DNA of 64,000 nucleotides from Lytechinus pictus (lineage: Eukaryota). Position numbers and translations under genes: made by a program. The notes beneath the pieces were generated by a model that searched no databases, was not told where the DNA came from, and saw only the letters and a program-made list of their open reading frames with translations. Positions 26,110 to 40,000 of the stretch are shown in pieces. Where the stretch lies: the NCBI RefSeq assembly GCF_037042905.1, contig NW_026974140.1, positions 124,001 through 188,000 on the forward strand, in the 5' to 3' direction. The number at the start of each line of letters is the position of its first letter. Position 1 is the first letter of the stretch.

Positions 26110-27442
26110 GGAGGGCGCCTTTTTCCATGGGATGAGACAGTAGCCATGTGACAATGCTGGTCAAAATTTCCACCAAAATTCTGACAGAGAGAAGATTCTG
26201 GCGGTAAGCAAAGTATTTTTCTGTCGATTGATGATCTGTGGCAGATATTGAGTAGTAATGGGACCTAAAAGACAGTTAGACACTCATGAAAAGAATAATC
26301 CCAAGCTGACGGCCCCAAGGAAAATTATCGTGCAAGATTCTGTCGCGACTCAGGCCAACGCCCCAGGGGAGGTTTCGGCGGCGGCGTCTGCAGGGGAGAT
26401 GCTGGTCGGAACGGCTAAGCACAGTGTTGGTGAGACGAAATCTGACCCACCTCCACATTGGTTTATTAGTTTTGTCGATCGATTTGAGTCTCGCTTCATT
26501 CGTTTGGAACAGCGCATGGAGTTCTTTCTTCTGGAGAGATTAGATGAAGTGAACCTGAAAGTGTCTGAGAATGAGGAGAAAATCTTTGCATGTGCCATTC
26601 AACTTGATGATGTAGTGGCAGAGGGGGCAGAAGTGAAAAAGCTCAAATCAGAGAGAGAAGACATGATTGCCAAGATAGACGATTTAGAGAACAGATCTCG
26701 TCGTAATAACCTTGTTTGTCATGGTGTGCCGGAAAGCCCTAGAGAAAGCTGTATCGAAGTACTGCAGGATTTCCTCCATGGATTTGTGGGCTTATCTCCA
26801 GAAAAGTCTACATTTGAGAGATGTCACCGTACACCAACATCAAAGCGCTCATACCCAGATCAGAAGCCAGATCCAAGCCCAAGGGTCATACATGTGGCCT
26901 TCACATCATATACCATAAAGGAGCGAGTTCTTAAGGCATGCATCGCTAAATTGAAGGAGAATAAGGGAAAGAAGATCTTTGTATCTGAAGATTTTTCTAA
27001 ATGTGTTTTGCAAAAGCGGAGAAACAAGTTGGATCTCATCAAGCGCTTGAGAGATGAGGGGAAGAGGCCTTTCTTCCTTTACCCGGACAGGGTGGGCTTC
27101 AGAGCTCGAGATGGAAAGTTGCACGTCGTTGGTTGACTTAACACGTTGTAGTGTATTACTGTTTTTTTTTACTTCATCAAAAACCTTGAAAGAGATGTAA
27201 ACTGGTGTTGATTTTTATTTTGTATCTTTTCGTTGTCAAGAGTGTCATATCACTCCCAAAGGCTGTTTACTTTAATTTCATTTTACTTTCATCCATTGTT
27301 ACTGCATTCCAGTGATCTTTACTGTTAGTATTTGATCGACATCACTTCATCTGAGTCTACTCTCTAATCAGTCTTTTGGTGCCTTGAAATTAAGATAAAT
27401 TTATCTTCATGCAGCCTTGAAATTATGATAAATTTATCCTCG
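26110..27442 (+). mobile_element. 5' part of an L1/Tx1-like LINE (5'UTR, ORF1, spacer), truncated at the duplication junction
   Basis: Starts GGAGGGCGCC where LTR similarity stops; no ORF2 before the next unit begins. Confidence 0.75.
26258..27136 (+). CDS. L1-type ORF1p (coiled coil, RRM, CTD; Transposase_22-like), intact, 292 aa
   Basis: KIDDLENRSRRNNLVCHGVPE, FERCHR, IFVSEDFS, FFLYPDR; open from ATG to stop. Confidence 0.88.
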   Translation: MGPKRQLDTHEKNNPKLTAPRKIIVQDSVATQANAPGEVSAAASAGEMLVGTAKHSVGETKSDPPPHWFISFVDRFESRFIRLEQRMEFFLLERLDEVNLKVSENEEKIFACAIQLDDVVAEGAEVKKLKSEREDMIAKIDDLENRSRRNNLVCHGVPESPRESCIEVLQDFLHGFVGLSPEKSTFERCHRTPTSKRSYPDQKPDPSPRVIHVAFTSYTIKERVLKACIAKLKENKGKKIFVSEDFSKCVLQKRRNKLDLIKRLRDEGKRPFFLYPDRVGFRARDGKLHVVG

Positions 27443-28384
27443 TGAAGGCTTGCACTAAATACAAACTTTAATTAATAACATGCCCAATAAATATATTTTA
27501 GTTTTCATTTTCAATTTGCTTTAAAACACACTATTTCAGTAGATTGAGAGAACCTTCTCAGACCCATATATTCTGTACAGTGACCCAGGCCAAGGCCGGC
27601 AAAATGTGAACTTGAGGCCAGCCTTTACTACATCCCTGATTGAAATTGAAAAGATTGATTGATCTGTGCACAAAAAAAGAAGAGAACACTGTTGAATACA
27701 TTCGTTATTGATGGACCTTTTAATTTTTTTGTTGTTCCTTGCTTACGAGGATTTGCTTTTGAGATTTAGATATATTCAATAGAATTTTAGATTATTTACT
27801 GTCAAAATATCTTAGTCATTGGGTATTTCTTCACCAAGTGCTTCACCACTGAATGTCTTGTTTGATATTGACGGAGTCTCATGCAGTAAGACCACAATCC
27901 TTAGGGTTGGCATGAAGAATTGATAGAAGTCCAGTCAGGATAGCCACAAACATCTCTACCTGAAAAAGCAAATCTGCTTTCCTGAAGCGGTGAAATTTGA
28001 GATGAACAGCAACGTCCTCATTCTGAATTTCTTATTGCAATAATTCAGGAGCAGCTCTGAATTCAGTTCTGATAATCAACCTGTTCATAAACAAATAATA
28101 AGGAAATTTTAAAAATAATAATATATAGCCTGGGATTTTTCAAATAATTATGCATAAATGGAAGGGGACAGTGGTTTACTTCTGAGACCATGATCATTTG
28201 CAATTTCCCCTTAAATTAATATAAAAAAAATGTGAACTAATTGCTTTTCCCCAGAATCAATAAGATAGGAAATGGAAATAAATTATGTGATAAAGTCAAT
28301 CAATGACGGCAAAATATTCTTACATTCAGGTCATGAATTTCAGCTGACCCCACTCTCATCTTTAAACAATTATATGATGGTATA

Positions 28385-28935
28385 GTTACCGTGTGGTTAC
28401 TGGGAATGAACGATCATCCACCTACCCTTTCAATCAAGGCGTTCCGCAAGGATCAGTATTAGGACCGACTTTGTTTACACTCTATATTTCTCCATTGGAA
28501 TCCATAATTTATGGAAATCATATCCAAAAGATGTTTTATGCAGATGATACGCAACTTTATGTTTCTTTCCCGAGATCGAGTAATTATGACCCTACCACTG
28601 AAATGTTGCATTGTATGCAAGCAATCAAACAATGGTCTAAAACGAGTAGTCTTAAACTGAACCGTAGTAAAACAGTATTCCTTCATATTATATCACGTTT
28701 ACGAGAAACAACCCCAATACAGAGTTTAGATATTGATGAAACATCAATTCGTAGTAGCAAATCATGTAGAAATCTAAGGGCAATCTTTGACTCACGGATG
28801 ACATTTGAGAACTTTATATCACATAAATGTCGCACTGCATCATACGCTCTTTATAGGAAATTGGATATAGGAAACATGCATTTGTTCTCTGTCATATTGA
28901 TTTCTGTAACAGCCTAATTTTCGGTTTACCACAGC
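28385..28935 (+). pseudogene. L2 RT fragment, copy B (3' part at 37352-37864)
   Basis: ORF 28393-28917 with QGSVLGP and YADDTQLY. Confidence 0.9.
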
Positions 28936-30297
28936 CATGGGCGGAAATCTGTCCCGAAATGTAGGGGGGGGGGGACAACGGGCTGATCCAGCCTTCGGGG
29001 GGGGGGCGAAAACATTTTCAGCCATATGTTAATCCCCGATCGGCCGCTCGAAGGTATTTTTTGTCTGTTTCATTGAAGGAGTAGTCCTCATGGTCACTTT
29101 TTAGCTTTATTCTTATAAATTAACATAAATATATGATATCATTGCCCTTATTTATATAATGCGAGCGCGAAGCTGAAACTTTTTTATGTATATTTTTTGG
29201 GAAAATTTATGTATTTTTTTCCCTAAAATTTGAACATTTTGGGCAATGTTTGTTATCCTGAAAAAGATGTATATACAACTAAATATTTACTACGACCGCG
29301 AAGTGCGAGCAGAGGTTAACTGATGAAAAAGGTACTTGTTAAAGACTGCTTGCAATTAGTCATGAAGACGTTACATATTTCAACAATCAAATAATGCGAG
29401 TGCAAAGCGCGAGCTGAAATTTTTTGAAATTTGTACCTAAAGACTGGAAATTCTAAGCACTTTTGGTAACTTAAACATATAATAGGTATATAACTAAACA
29501 ATTGATGCGAAGCGCGAGCGGAAAGTTTTGAGATTTAGACCTAAGAACGAGACACTCTATTCATGTTTTGTAAATCATGAAAAGGATGAGTAATTAGGGG
29601 TTCTTTCTTACACCCGGTCCTTACATTAATAAAGCGAGTGCAAAATGCAGCCAGAAAATGTTCTTATACGTTTAATTTGAAATGATCGAAAAGGGTACTT
29701 GTTAAAGGCTGCTTGCACTTAGCCACGAAGACGTTACATATTTCAACAATCATTGCCAGCGCGAATCGCGAGCTTAAAATTGTTGACATTTTTTCAAGAA
29801 GAATCGAAAATTTTAATCAATTTTTGTAATCGTGAACAGGGTAGCTATATAACTAAACAATTGATGTAAGCGAAGCGTGAGCAGAAAAAATCGAGATTTA
29901 GACCTAAAAACGGGACACTAATGTTTTGTAAATCATGCAAAGGATGAGTAATAGGGGATCTTTCTACATTAATAATGCGAGCACAAAGCGCGAGCAGAAA
30001 ATTTTTGATATTTAAATCTGAAACTGGATAATGATTTAAATAGAAAAAAAAATTGAATATCTAAATAAACATGAGCGTGTTTCGGATTTAGACCTAGAAT
30101 CTCGGCATTTTACACATCTATCAGCGAGCGCGAAGCGCGAGCTTAAACTATTTGATATTCCAATCTGAAAAAAGGAGCCAATTTCAGCTATATATTTCAT
30201 GCACTTTGCAGGAAAATTGTGAGGTGGATATGGATCACACTTAATATTTCATTATTATTTGAGTTTTGACATAGGACCGGGACATCCTTAGGAAAAG

Positions 30298-31261
30298 TGT
30301 CACGTGGGAAGTGACTTTTTTTTTATTATTTACTTACTGCTGCTTGACACCAAATAAAGAATACGTAGAACTGATGAATACAGTTATTAAAAAGATTTAA
30401 TCATATCTCTTCAATCTTTCTGATGTTCTCTTTTGATGGTTTTACAATAATTTGTACATGAAAATATACATAGATATAACAAAATACAACTTAACTTAAC
30501 GATAATCGTTGATTCTAGCCCCCATCATCTCATCTGGCCTGACATGCCCCACTCGGCCCTGGTGGTCGGTCCAGTTCCTGGCCTCCGCAGCTAGCGATGT
30601 ATCTTCCACTCGGCCTCCGCAGACTGTGTTGCCCCTCCATGAGTAGCCCTCAGATCAAAGATGTGGCTTCAACGAATTAGTGGACGAGATCGAGCCCCCA
30701 ATGATGACATATATTGTGTCGAATCATGTCGGTGGAGAACCGGTGTCAGCTGGGGTCGTTATCTCGTCACCGACGTAGTCCCTCAGTTTTAACTTAGACT
30801 GCCTATACGAACATCTGTAGTCTATTCTAGCTTAGGTGGTTCTCCCTGAATTACTTAAATTAACCTCCTCATATACCCTACCGTTACTAGGACTAACTGT
30901 AAAACTTCTATAAAGTAATTCAAAGAATTTCAAATAACAGTTGTGCATAAAGCAACACATTCTTATTAATAAAAGACACTTCCTGTGCATCTGTCAACTA
31001 CATTCATAAATGCTAGAGCACTGCATTGGCTATTTATGACACCTGTATGAAAATGCTTATAGTATACCTAATACGAAATATGGCATCAACCTGGTACACT
31101 TGTATTATAAAGGGGGGGGGGTATCAAACGTTTCCAACGCTTGCCTTTAAAATATTCAAAACGTATGTATATGCTTGTCTACAAGACAACCCTAACCTGG
31201 ACAAGTATGTTGAACACATGTTTAAACTGAAACATTTTATAATTAAATTTCTTTCCTGACA
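30298..31261. mobile_element. Solo LTR (964 bp), private to copy B
   Basis: TGTCA...TGACA ends; 5-bp TSD AAAAG/ACAAG; empty site TAGGACAAGTCA in copy A (~11049) and copy C (~57203). Confidence 0.85.
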
Positions 31262-31842
31262 ACAAGTCATATGAAAATGATGACTATCTTCCTATTCCTC
31301 TTACTAAGCGCGAGATGAAACAAAAGGGACAATTTAATCATTAGATTGATATCTTATTTATTAATGCATAATGCGGGCGAGATATCTGATGATATTATGG
31401 CCTGAAAACTGGACATTTCAAGCACTTTTTGTAATTAGGAATATAATGCATCAGTTGAAATATTTTTAACCATCAATGCGAGCGCAAATCGCGAGCCAAA
31501 ATCTTTGATAAACTGTCATGAAAATCAATATTGAGACATACATCAATCGCCAATCAAAATACGAGTAGCATTATCTGCTACGTTTTGACAATCAGACTTG
31601 AAAAGGGATATTTTCAATTTAGATGGAATACACACAAATAATAGGTACTGAATAAATCGAATTTTGCGAGCGCTTTAGAGCGAGTAGAACATGTCAATAT
31701 TCAGACCATAAAGCTGTAACTTTTATAGATCCCTTTTTTTTTAATCCGTTTCTAAATCACACAAAATAACGAAAGTTCGATTTCCGAGGTGAAATGTATA
31801 ATGTATATTGACTTCCAAACATGATATTTAAGCTCCATATTG

Positions 31843-34800
31843 AACAAGTGGAACGCCTCTGGCTGTCTCACCTGCATCACGCGATTTAATATAGCAGCAG
31901 AGCTGACTTTGAAAACTACTATAAAATGATTATTCACAAAAAACACCATTCATATAATGACACAATACTACGTTCATTGACATTTGACCTTGATCATGTG
32001 ATCCATGTGACCTAAAATTTGCACAGAATGTTCAGTGATACTTGGTTACTCTTATGTCCAAGTTTCATGAATCAGATCCATAAACTTCCAAAGTTATAAT
32101 TCAACGTATACCCCCAATTTGGCCAAAGTTCATTGACCCTAAATGACCTTTGAACTTGGTCATGTGACTTGAAACTCAAGCAAGATGTTCAGTAATACTT
32201 GATATACTTTTGTCCAAGTTTCATGAACTAGGTCCATATATTTTCTAAGTTATGATGACATTTCAAAAACTTAACCTTATGTTGAGATTTTGATGTTGAT
32301 TCCCCCCACATGGTCTAAGTTCATTGACCCTAAATGACCTTTGACCTGAGTCATGTGACCTGAAACTTAGCTAGGATGTGTAGTAATACTTGATTAACTT
32401 TATAAGTGCGGTATTGTGTGTTATCCCGTAGGATTTGTTTGCCAAAATTGTTTTTTTTTTTTTTTTGGCTTCAATAGGGTCCCTTTAGACCAAAAATGAT
32501 GGGGTTCAAATTTTCAGCCCCCTCCTTCCCTTCGTGGGGGGTCATTTTTGGCGCCATATTTGCCTGTACAAATCCCAATAGGATAATTCATTGTTGTCAA
32601 CCTTATTTCTCACTTTTTCTTCGCCGATTTCATTTTTAAGTTGTCTGAGATGTATGAGAATGAATATTTGATAATGTTGTGATGTCAATGTTTTTTCACT
32701 TTTACCATATGGGGGCGGATTTTGCGAAAAATGCCCCAAAATTGTAAAATATTACCCCGAAAATGTAATTTTCCCCCTTTTTTTGGCACTACAATTAGGA
32801 CAAAAAGATTACAAAATGAAATGCATATGTCTTATTATACAGTCCAATAACAGAAGAATATATCACATGTAATTTACATGATTATTTTTGGTCAATTGAT
32901 GTAAAAATCAACCCCATTTCAGGATTTTATGCAGTGAAAACCATACTACAACACTAGAGGGCGCCATAACTTATCATGATGATATTAGTGTGGTACGGTA
33001 TTTCATGACACAGCTCCTGTAGGACTTTTGCCACAAATTTTTTTTTTTTTTCATGTTGGATTCACTTGGGTCCAATCTATCAGGAAGTGAAAGGGTTCCA
33101 ATTTTCCCCACCCTCACCCACTGCCCGAGGGGGGGGGGTCACCTATATCAAGACCCCAAAAAATCAGGTGTATTAACAATTTTGCGCCTGGTTATAAAAT
33201 GATTTATGGTATTTTATCATCCCTATACAGCTAGAATGCTTATATCTGAAGACTTCCAGTTAAACGAGCATCATACCAACCATATCCACTACCCCCCCCC
33301 CCCCCCAACTGACTGGCATACAACTTTCACCATTCAGCCACTCGTTCGAGAGTACAATTTACAACTAAAGGACTTCTATTCGAATTGTCAATTATATACA
33401 TCTCGGCTAATTTCCAATTACCGATAGACAGAAAGAAACACATAAAGTATGTTTTTATGCCCCCCTCCCCACACACGCACACACATGCACATAATCATTA
33501 TTGAAATAATATGGGATGTTTTATTAATTGACCTTCACAAGATTTGTAGAACTTCCGAACTTACAAACATGCATTGTGCCTCAATTTCGAAGGTAGGGCC
33601 TATAGACTATTCAATGTACATCAAAAATATCCTTACTCGGAAAAAATGCAACAAATTGTTTTTCACACTTTTTAGTACTATTTGACCTCAGGAATTATAT
33701 ACTAAAAATCTACCATAATCCGCATCAGGGAAAGTGGTTATTTTCAAGATAGTATCCAAGATGGCAACCATTCACTGAAAATTAATAAATACGACTCACT
33801 CTCTATCCACCCGAGGATCCTAATTGGTTTCATGCTCCATGGTGTAGGAGGTAAAATAATTTGTTGAAACGGGGTAGAGTGAATATAAGGACCCCAGGAT
33901 ACCTGGAAAATCCAAGATGGTATCAAAAATGGCTGCCGTGTACTAAAAATCCACAATGTAGTTGCCATTCAATGATTTTAAGGGTGAAGTAGTAAATTGG
34001 AAAAACTTACAAGGACAGTGAGTGGTCTGTTGGGTCCAAAAATCCATGATGGCTTCAAAAAAAATATTTTGAAATGGCTGCTGCTAAACTTAAAGCAGAC
34101 ATGGCTGATGTCATATCGTCCAGGGAAATGTGATTTCGATGTTTAACTTTAAACCACTGGTTTGGGTCAAGTAATATATATAAGGATAAGGCAGGGGCAG
34201 TCAGTGGTCTGGTATGTCCATAAATCAAAGATGAATTCCAAAATGTGATCTTACAATGGCTGTTGATACTTAAAGCGGACATAGTTCATTTCATATCGGC
34301 CTGGGAGATCTAATTTTGGTGTCTAAATCAATGGTTTTAAGGGTCAAATAAGACATTAGGACAAGTTAATAGGGGCAGTTAGTGGTCTGGTATGTCAAAT
34401 ATGCGATATGGCCTCCAAAATGCAGGGTCTAAATTGACTGTGGTTCTTAAAAGTAGACATATTTAATTAGAAATGCACATTGTGGATTTCATTTTGATGT
34501 CTACACTAGAGTTTAAAGGATCAAGTATATTGTTTCAAGTTGAAAGAACAGTCGGGTGTCAACTTTGTCAAAAAATCCAAGATTGCTTCAATGACTGATG
34601 TTACTTAAAAGTGGATATAGAACATTAAACATATACCTTGGGCTATTATTTTGGTGTCTACGCTAGTATTTTATTTGTTAAAAACTTTTATTAAGGACTG
34701 GTTACAATTATTATGCAGTTTTCCATTTTGCCTTAAAATCCAAGTTGGCTTTCAAAAATGGGTTCTAAAAATGACTATTGTTACTAGTGGCTACATCATT

Positions 34801-37038
34801 CACTCAATATCAACATGTGAGAAATATTTTGGTGCCTACACTTAAATGTATGTGATAAGTTATCATATTGATTCATGAGTTTGTAATAGCACCCATTTGA
34901 TGAAATGTTTTAATCTACCATGGATTTTGGACAAAATGGAAAACTAAATATCCTTGTTATTTGTCAAATGTATTATCTGACCCTTTATACCACCATGTAG
35001 ACACCAAAATTATTCCTCACAGATTAAACTCTGACCATTATTAATGAGTTTTAGGAATCATTTTTAATGCCATTTTGAAAACTTTCTTGGATTTTTTGGC
35101 AAAATGGACCAGTGCATATCTTTGTAACCAGTCGAAAGTATCATTTTAATCATGAAACCATTGAGTGGACACCAAAATCATATGTCCTTGGTGGATTTTA
35201 AATGAACTATGTCAATTTTTAAGTAACAGCAGTCACTTTAGACTCAGATGTCTTGACACCATCTTTGATTTTTCGACATAGACCACTGACAGTCCTTGTT
35301 ATAATATGATAATATTAGTAATATAGGTATATTTACCTAGGGAAGCCACTTCAGTTCTAAAACTGTTCTCCCAGCGGGCCCTGCTATTATTATTACCCCT
35401 GCTTTAAATGGGCTGCCTAGGCGCTCAAGCATTCAAGGAATTTCTTCTTACCGGGTACCCATTTACCTCACCTGGGTTGAGTGCAGCACAATGTGGATAA
35501 TTTTTTTGCAGAATGAAATTATGACATGGCTGGGATTTGAAACCACGACCCTTTCAAAGTCAAAAGTAAAACTAATCCACTGGGCCACAACGCTCGAACG
35601 CTTGTAACTAATTTTCTGACTTTAAAAATCATGGTTTAGACATCAAAACCATATCCTTGATGGATATTACATGTCCATTTGTAAATAACAGTGGCTATTT
35701 TATACTCCATTGTTTAACATACTCGACCAACGACTCTCCTTGTAACTTATTCTTATGTATTATTTGACCCATTTTACCATGGTAGACACAACAATTTATA
35801 TTTCCGGATATTGAACAAACTATATCTGTTTTTCAAGCACCAACAGCAATTTCAAACTCAATTTTTGGAAGCCATCTTGGGTTTTTTAACATACCGGACC
35901 ACTGACAGTCCCGGAATGTTGAAAATTCTTGTCCCAATTTTGATCATTAAAACCATGGTCTAGACACCAATTCCATCTATCTCAGGTTGATATAAAATGT
36001 GCTATGTCCATTTAAAGTATCAACAGCCATTTTAAACTCCATTTTTGGAAGTCATCTTGGATTTCTGTGCACGAGACCACTTGCTGTCCTTGTAAATTTT
36101 CCCAATATACTTCTTAACCCTTAAAAACATTTGAATAGAAAAAAAAAAGCCAAAGGCAACCATTTAGCCCCCCCCCCCGGGGGGTAGAATCAAAACAAAT
36201 TAGGTGCCTATACTATGAATTGGCATTGGAAATAATTGCTCTTGAAATGTGTCAGCTTTCAAATTCATTGATAAAATTACAGTGCCTAGAATTCGATTAT
36301 TTAAAAGGGAAATGCTTATCATAAGTTATGGCGCCCTTTAGTGTTGTAGTAAGGTTTTCTCTGCATAAAATCCTGAAATGGGTTGATTTTTACATCAATT
36401 GACCAAAAATAATTATATAAATTGCATGTGACATATTCCTCTGTTATTGGATTGTATAACAAGACACTTTCATTTCATTTTGTAATCATTTTGTCCTAAT
36501 CATATTCTAGTGCCAAAAAAGGGAAAAATAATATTTTATTTTGGGGCATTTATCAGAAATTCCGCCCCCATATGGTAAAAGTGAGGAAACATTGACATCA
36601 CAACAGCATTAAATATTCATTCTCATACACCTCAGGCAACTTAAAAATAAAATTGGCGAAGAAAAGTGGGAAATAAGGTTGAAAACAATGGATTATCATA
36701 TTGGGCTTTGTACAGGCCAATATGGCGCCAAAAAGGACTCCCCACGAAGGGAAGGAGGGGGCTGAAAATTTGAACCCCATCATTTTTGGTCTGAAGGGAC
36801 CCTATTGAAGCCAAAACAACCAAAAAATAAATTTGGGCACGCAAGTCCTACGGGAGCTGTGTCAGTGACATACCGTACCACACTATTATGATCAAGTTTC
36901 ATGAACTAGGTCTATATACTTTATGAGTTATGCTGTCATTTCAAAAACTTAACCTTCGGCTAAGATTTTATGTTGACGCCGCCGCCGTCTGAAAAGCGGC
37001 GCCTATAGTCTCACTCTACTATGCAGGTAAGACAAAAA
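31843..37038 (-). mobile_element. HINE-like element, copy B, with shortened array
   Basis: Same ends as copy A; about four monomers missing near 32000. Confidence 0.65.
32403..36885. mobile_element. Foldback element, copy B, more complete than copy A; SINE at ~35300-35595
   Basis: Inverted arms 32403-32975 vs 36320-36885; TTA flanks. Confidence 0.75.
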
Positions 37039-40000
37039 TCACCTAACAGACAATGCGAGCGCGAAGCGCGAGCGAAAATTTTATATAGTGACAGGAAAGA
37101 TTCTTTCCAAGTTTTCCCCTCATTTTATTTTATTCACTCTTGAAAATTTGACAAGCAAAAATAAACAAAGGTTTTCACCAAAAATGTAAGGTCATTTAGT
37201 AAAAAAAAATGTATTATTTCGAATGTGAATGATGCATTTTCTCCATCATAAAAGACCAAAAATAGTGGGGGGACATTTGATATTGTGTCCCCCTACTATT
37301 TTTGGTAGGGGGGACACGTCCCCCCTGTCCCCCCTGGGATTTCCGCCCATGACCACAGCGACAAATAAAGAAACTACAGGCTATCCAAAACTCTGCTGCA
37401 AGGTTAGTTACTCAAACTCGAAAAAATGAATCAATCACCCCTGTACTACGAAACTTACATTGGCTTCCTGTTCATTCTCGTATTTCTATCAAATTATTAG
37501 TTTTTGCATATGAATGCTTCCATGAGATAGCTCCATCATATTCAACCGAATTATTAACTTTATACATCACACTACTCGTACTCTAATATCAAGAACAAAG
37601 CAGCTGTTTGCTATTCCTCCCATTGTTACCAAAACATATGGTGAGCACTCTTTGCACATGCCTCTTCCGTCTTATGGAATGCACTTCCCAATTATATGCG
37701 ACATATTCATGATTTAGATAAGTTTAAGTTGTAATGAACTCAGTGCCCAACACTCTTTACTTACTTTCTAATTTCTTTCCTTAATTTCATCCAAGTGCGT
37801 AGGGACATGCATTGCTATGTGTTATGCGCTATTAAATGACTAATTATTATAATTATTATTATTAAGAAAGAAGACAGGAAAAGGGCTAAAGAAAGAGAGA
37901 AGAAAAAAAAGAGAGGAAGATGGGAAGAAAGAGAGAGATAGGGAGGAAGAGGGGAAAAAAGAGAAGAAAAAATAGAGAGTAAGGGGGAAACGAAGAGAAG
38001 AAAAACGAGAAAAGAGAGAGGAAAAGAAAAAAATGGGAAAAAAGAAAAGAAAAAGGGGAAAGGAAGACAAGAAGAAAGAAGAGGAAGAAAAGGGGAAAAT
38101 GAACAGAAGAAAAAAGAGAGAGACAGGAGGAAGGGAAAGAAGAGAAGAAGAAAAGAAAAAGCAAGATGGGGGGGGGGGGAAGAAAGAGAGAAGGAAAAGA
38201 GAAAGGGAGGGGAATAAGGAAATGAGAAATAAAAGGAGATGGGAAAAGAAAGAGGGAGATGTCGAACTAGGCGGCGCCAAAATTTCGTTCGAACTATGGG
38301 GCGCCGAATTGATATTTGAACAGGGGGGGGGGGCGAATTCATTTTTAATGATGTTTGAACTGGGAGGGGGCGCCAAATTGATGTTTGGACTAGGGGAGCG
38401 CCGAATCGATGTTCAATATACATAGGCCGATCCATGGGGCAAAGTTTTTGCCCCCCAAAAACGAATTTGTCCCTTTTTCAGAAAAAAAAACACGAAAAGT
38501 TTTAGGAAGAAAAATAGAAGATAGTCATAATTTTAATTTTAATTTTAGGCCTCGCGATTCTCGCTCGCATCATTTATTTAGTGCTATCCACGTCCATTTC
38601 ACAATTTCCTTATATACGCTGTGCTGTAAAGGTGCTTAAATTCACCCATTTCATATCTGAATTCCAAGTATTATTTTCAGCTCGCGCTCCGCGCTCGCAT
38701 TATTGATTTTCATGATAAAAAAATTAATGTATTCAGAATGCCCAGCACGCATGTTTATTGAGATGCGCAGCTTGATCTTATTCAAAATGTGCTAAAATTA
38801 TCCAGTTTCAGATCAGAATATCAAAAAATTTCTGCTCGGGCTTTGCGCTCGCAGCATTAATGACAATAGAGGAAGATACCAAAACTTACCCATCCTTTTT
38901 CGCGATTGACAAAACATGAATCAACTGTCCCGTTGGCAGTTTGAAATATCATCTTTTTAGGTTGGAATATAAAAAATGTTCAGCTCGCGGTTCGCGCTCG
39001 CATTATTTAATCGTTGAAATATGTATCGTCTTAATGGCTAACTGCAAAACATCCTTAACAGGTCCCTTTTCGACCAGGCGAGAACGCATATTAAACATTT
39101 CTGCTTGCGCGTCGCGCTCGTGATAATTATAAATACCATTCATTTTTCTTTCGTCTTGTCTTATATTGTTTCAATGATCTGGCAACAATACTTTGATTAT
39201 CACTTTCGCTTGTATTTATTTATGTTTTAATAAAATGTTTTAATTTTTAGTGTCTCTTTGTTTGTACATGATCATGATATCAACTTGTATTTTAATGAAT
39301 TGGAAATAAATGCTGAATTGAATTAAATAGTTACATACGCATTTTGTTCAGGCTCACAAACATTGCCCAGAATGTTCAATTTTCGGGACAAATACATACA
39401 ATTTCAATTATTTTAGCTCGCATAGGGCTTATGAGATTATTACACATTTAGGTTGTTTATTAAGAAAAGCTAGTAAATGAACGTTAGGACATGGGCGTTT
39501 TGCCCCCCCCCCAAAAAAAAAATAAATAAAAAATCAACTTTTAGCGGCCGATCGGGGAAAATATGGGTGAAAAAAATTGCCCCCGCTCCCTATTCATTGG
39601 CGGAAGCTCGGCCCACCCCTGACTCAGCCTTTTAGGATAAAATACATGAAAAATAAAAATATCAGATCGCGATTCGCGTTCTCATTATTTATTTAGGCCT
39701 TGTGAGATACCTCAATGTGTTTTTAAGAATAAAATTTGATATTTTCTTTAACATCTACCCCCCCCCCCATTTCATCTATTTTTTTTTATCTCGGTGCCCT
39801 CTACAAAAGTTCAACAAGCCCCCCCCCACCCCCCCCCCCGTGTACCCCTGCTGAATAAATAACGGCTACGCCACTGATGAGGAGATTGAGTCGATCGCTT
39901 CGAGATTGCATTATTCCCAAGAGCTTATCATTAATATCATTGAAGGCTATTTTAAAACAACAAGTAAATAAACTACAGCTCTCGTTCACTAAATATTCTA

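Larger units (their letters stand above)
7405..27442 (+). repeat. Tandem segmental duplication, copy A
   Basis: Starts TGAAGGCTTGCACT, as do 27443 and 48605; colinear high identity to copies B and C outside private insertions. Confidence 0.93.
28936..37351. mobile_element. hAT-type composite element, copy B
   Basis: Same TIR; perfect TSD ACCACAGC at 28928-28935 and 37352-37359. Confidence 0.9.

Noticed and set aside
7405..27442. Whole unit as one giant mobile element (Polinton or Helitron)
   Set aside because: No TIR, TSD or hallmark genes at the boundaries; the junction cuts through a LINE
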